From Octopus bimaculoides (Eukaryota): DNA of 64,000 nucleotides. Position numbers and translations under genes: made by a program. The stretch spans positions 60,693,271 through 60,757,270 of the forward strand of contig NC_068987.1 in assembly GCF_001194135.2 (NCBI RefSeq), read 5' to 3'. Below, one piece after another: positions 59,546-64,000 of the stretch; the stretch's first letter is position 1; every line of letters starts with the position of its first letter. The notes below the pieces were generated by a model. The model saw nothing but the letters and a program-made list of their open reading frames with translations, did not search any database and was not told the DNA's origin.

Positions 59546-61384
59546 ATAATTTAGTCCTGGAGCTCACAATGTTCCTGAAGGTCAGCAATGGTCTTCCTCA
59601 ATCACAAGTGGACAGCAATCATATATATATATATGTACACACACACACACGTATATATGTATTCCTCAGTGATCCATTTCAGCCGATCTTAGCAACCAGT
59701 TTTACACAAGATATTAAATAACCAGATATTTGGTAACAGCATGGTTAAGTAATACCTCATGCTCCTCAGAAATAGCCAGTATGGAAAAAAGTCTGCCAAC
59801 TGCCATCTCTGAAGAGCACATGGTATTATTTAACCATCTCATATCCAGTTATTCAATACCCAGTGTGAAACAAATTGGTAAGTTCAGCTGAAGTGAATGT
59901 ATATACTATAGATTCAAATTAATATACCCTCTCTATTGACAAATATATGAGTGCATGTTTTCTGATTTATGGATTCTTAAACAACTATATAATATTTATA
60001 TATGTACACACACACACACACACACGATAACAACTGGATGCTCACATGGATATGGCTGTCTACTGTTAGTGAGAGAGCTTTTAAGCATTTGTAAACTCTA
60101 CTAATTCTGCCACACTACTTGATTTGTTTATATTTTGTCATTAAATTTCTGATATTTTCCAAAATTTTCATTTGCTTTATATTGTTATAAAATAATTTTT
60201 CAATAGAAATTACTGTTTGCCAGTTCAACTGAAAATTGTAAGTTGTTAAGCCATTCAACCTGTATAGATTTGCTAGAATGATTAATTGGTTCTGACATGT
60301 TCTTCAGTTTTAAATTCTAAGCTTTAGTTGTCTTTTTAAATTATAGTTTGACTTTTTTTTTTATGTTAGACTACAATTTTAATAATTGTTATCCAACTTT
60401 CAATGTGAAATGAGACAGTATTTTACTCTAAATACAATAATTTTCTCCCTGAAAGTATAGATATTATTGCAGAAAATTTCTCATTATCAAGAACTTTTAT
60501 TGATTTTTCAACACAATCTCATATTCACTTTCTTCTGTCTATCCAATTTGAGGATTGTTACATAAATATCGTATAAGATCCTATTAATTTTGAAAAGATG
60601 GTACATCGCTTCAGGTCCATAATGTTAAACAGGTTCAGATAAATTTCTAGAAAAGTTTATTGTAAATTAGATCTTGAGATAGTCAGAAACTTTGTCCTGA
60701 TAGCTTAGTAAAATAAGGCATATTGGATGGAGAATATTGAGCAAAGCTGCATTGAAATGACTGCAGTGCTGGTGGTTTTGGTTATGACGATGGTGCTTAC
60801 TGTGATTGTGGTGCTGGTTGTGATGATGGTGATGATGTTGACTATGATGGTCGTGTTGCTTGTGATGATGAGGTTATCTGTGATGATGGTTTTGGTTACA
60901 AAGCTGGTTTTAGTTGATGGCGGTGTTAGTTGTGATTTAGCTGCTGTTTGTTGTTGGCTGAGCAATCCACAGTCACATGCTCATTAGTTTATTAAGACCA
61001 TAGTTATTTGTGATACATAACGGCACCAAACACATAGCATCTAATTTCCTGACCATCCAATTTTTTATGTGCTAAGTTTGATGATACTCAGCACAACTTT
61101 TAATCTTTGTGGGATGTATTATATTCCAACTTGCAGCCCATATATCTTGTCTCTTCATCTATTGCTTCTACTACTACAATGGCCTCTGCTCCTCAGAACT
61201 GGCTGATCCTCATGCCACCACCACCTAGACACATTTGTTTCTTGTCACTTGTGTCCATCGCCACTTCAGGCCTAGTAACTTTGTCTCTAGTTACTTTAGT
61301 TGTCTTTCTAAATTATAGTTTGACTTTTTTTATTTTTTTTATTTTTTTATTTTAGACTACAATTTCCTCTTGTAGAAACTAGTT

Positions 61385-61573
61385 TGATGACAGAATAGCA
61401 GAATAGCAGATGAGGTGCTGATGGTGATGACAGAGATAGTTGGGGACATGTTGGAATTAAAGATAGGTTGCCACTAGGAGCTCCTCTATGCTGATGACCT
61501 TGCTCTCATAGCAGAATCACTACCAGAACTAGAGAGGAAATTTTAGGTGTGGAAACAAGGTTTAGAATCAAAG
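61385..61573 (+). repeat. Inverted copy of 50586-50766 (RTE YADD segment plus its non-RTE flank)
   Basis: Shares the junction sequence and both premature TAG codons with the 50.6-kb copy. Confidence 0.9.
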
Positions 61574-62301
61574 TTTCTAGGTCAATGACCTAGAAACTAG
61601 TAACTCTTTCTCTTCCTTCCTTCTCTGAACATATTCTCTTTGGAATTTTCGCTCTGCCTATCATTTTTCTGCAGTTGTCCAAGAAAAAGCAACAACCAGA
61701 TTGCTCTTATAAATATTGGAGCACTGACTACTAAATCTTTGGGTACAGGGTACTTAAAAAAAACACACAAACTCCTTGTGAGCAATATACAGTTGTATCC
61801 AGTTGTATCATTTTGTGCCTATGTATATGAGGACTTCTTTATACGCGTATAAGGTCATGAAATCCAGCTGTATAAATATGTGACACTTAATTAGTACCTG
61901 ATTGAACAATTTCACACAGGGCAGTTGCTTGGGGCCTCATGTCCGGAGTCTCATTTCTGATCTATGTACACTGCTGCTTGTTGCTAGTAAATAAATACTG
62001 TAGGACCCAGAACATTGATTTACCTGGAGGCTTATAATGCTGCTAAGACAGCCTTGTGTATGTGTGTGAATACAAGGGTGGGGGGGAGTTCTTGGCTTTA
62101 GGTAAAAGAAAATACAAGAGGGTCAGTTAATTATGATTTTATTCAACATATTCCCCTCTCAGATTCACACACTTATTGCAGCATTCCTTCAGCTTTTCTA
62201 AGCCATGTAAAAAAAAACTTGGAAGGTCAGGTCTCCAACCAGGCCTTTCACAATACCCTTAAAACCAGGAACTTTTTAGATGATGATGATGATGACATAT
62301 C

Positions 62302-62373
<72 letters not shown>

Positions 62374-62397
62374 CATATATATATGTGTGTGTGTAAG

Positions 62398-62785
62398 TGC
62401 AGATGTGGCTGTGTGATAAGTTTACTTCCTAACCACATGGTTCCATATTCAATCCCACTGTGTGGCACCTTGTGCACGTGTCTTTCACTATAGTCTCAGG
62501 TTATCTACCAGATCCACTCCTTATGAGTGGACTTGGTAGATGGAAACTTAAAGAAGCCCATTGTGTGTGCATGTGTCTTTATGTCTGTTCCCTGCCACTT
62601 TGACAACCAGTGTTAGTATGTTTACATCCCCATAACAAAGTAGTTTGTCAAAAGCAACTGATAAAATAAGTACCAGGCTGTCAAAAAGAACAAGTACTGT
62701 GTAGTTGTTTCATTCAATTAAAATTCGTCAAAGCACTGCTTCAGTATGGCCTCAAGTCAAATGACAAACAAATAAAAGATAAAAG
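62398..62785 (+). mobile_element. Full-length SINE family A (old)
   Basis: Head, core and tail 1. Confidence 0.8.
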
Positions 62786-62834
62786 GTGTGTGTATGTATG
62801 TATGTATATATATGTGTGTGTGTGTATATATATA

Positions 62835-62898
<64 letters not shown>

Positions 62899-62912
62899 AT
62901 ATATATATATGA

Positions 62913-63080
62913 AGTACCCACTACACTCTCGGAGTGGTTGGCGTTAGGAAGAGCATCAAGCTGTAAAAACTCTGCCAGATCAGATTGGAGTCTGGTGTAG
63001 CTATCTGGTTCACCAGTCCCCAGTCAAATCATCCAACCCATGCTAGCATGGAAAGCGGACGTTAAACGATGATGATGATA
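62913..63080 (+). mobile_element. RTE 3'-end fragment with (GAT)n tail
   Basis: cccactacactctcggagtggttggcgttagg...gcggacgttaaacgatgatgatgat. Confidence 0.88.
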
Positions 63081-63959
63081 GTGTGTATAATTTTTTTCAT
63101 CTGTATTTCTGTATACTGAGTATGTGTGTGCTTTCTATATCCAGGTGTGTTTATTTGTCAGTGAAAGAGAGAGTGAGCAATCGTAATGTATTTAACGTGT
63201 GTGTGTGTCTTTCTTTCTTTCTGTCTGTTTGTTTGTCCACCGCTACAACTTGTCAACTGGTGTTGGTGTGTTTATATCCTCATAACTTGGCAAAAGACAC
63301 TGATAGAATAAGTACTGGGCTTGGTTCATTAGACTGAATCTCTTTAGTGCAGTGCTCCAGCATAACTGCAATCTGATGACTAAAGCAAGTAAAAAGAAGA
63401 AATAAAAAGCTCAAAAGATATATGTATGTACTTCTATGTTTATATATATGTGTGCATGCCTGTGTATGTCTATGTATATACACACACATGTACATGCACA
63501 CAGATACACACATCTAGCATTAGACTATGTTCTGTGGAAGAGGGTGTGTCAATTTCTGTGTTAAATATCATCTCTGCTTTACTAAAGTCAAGTAGCTACC
63601 ATGTGCTTTGGTCTTAAACTCCCTCTTAATTTCTCTATTTTGATCGATGACCCTATACTGTCAAGTAGGAGTACCTGTGACCTTTACAGGAAATGAAAGG
63701 TCACAATAAAGTAATGGTGGTGAGTGGGTGGGTGAGTGGATGAATGGGTGTGGTGGGGAAGAACTGCAAAACAAACTCGGTTCCTTTCTTCCTGGCTGCC
63801 TCTGGATTGCACTGGAAACACAGCTATGTGAAAGAAGACCTGAACATGTTGCAACACTTGTTTTATAATTATTTAGGGAGTTGTGTTTCTGTGTATGTGT
63901 GCGTATATAAATATATGTGTGTGGGGGTTTGTATATATATACACGTGTGTGTGTGTGTA

Positions 63960-64000
<41 letters not shown>

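Noticed and set aside
61675-61750. Possible next TP53I11 exon after tttttctgcAG
   Set aside because: The required phase-0 frame hits a stop and no frame resembles the expected ALxFP..LY segment; the next exon is probably beyond the window.

Overview
AT-rich, microsatellite-rich animal genomic DNA with six N-gaps. The repeat families look like those of a coleoid cephalopod, most likely Octopus; this is recognition from memory, not a database search. The only host gene I can support is a TP53I11/PIG11 homologue on the + strand. Two internal coding exons (7781-7874 and 55203-55310) join in frame across a 47.3-kb phase-0 intron, and the start and C-terminal exons were not found. The intron holds many tRNA-derived SINEs (at least 5 families), RTE LINE fragments, relics of CRE and R4/Dong restriction-endonuclease retrotransposons, Tc1 and mariner fragments, and piggyBac-, hAT- and possibly MULE-type MITEs. 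The most unusual signal is a set of unrelated short repeats at 7.4-7.7, 12.85-13.25, 31.4-32.4 and 54.4-54.7 kb. Each has an inverted (fold-back) structure and carries a minimal hammerhead-ribozyme-like motif. Across families the core 3-8 pair appears as C-G, U-A and G-C, and one family also has a tRNA-like Pol III head. A complex templated-insertion scar lies at 61.3-61.6 kb. Repeat boundaries were read by eye and are approximate unless anchored by a TSD, TIR or splice site.
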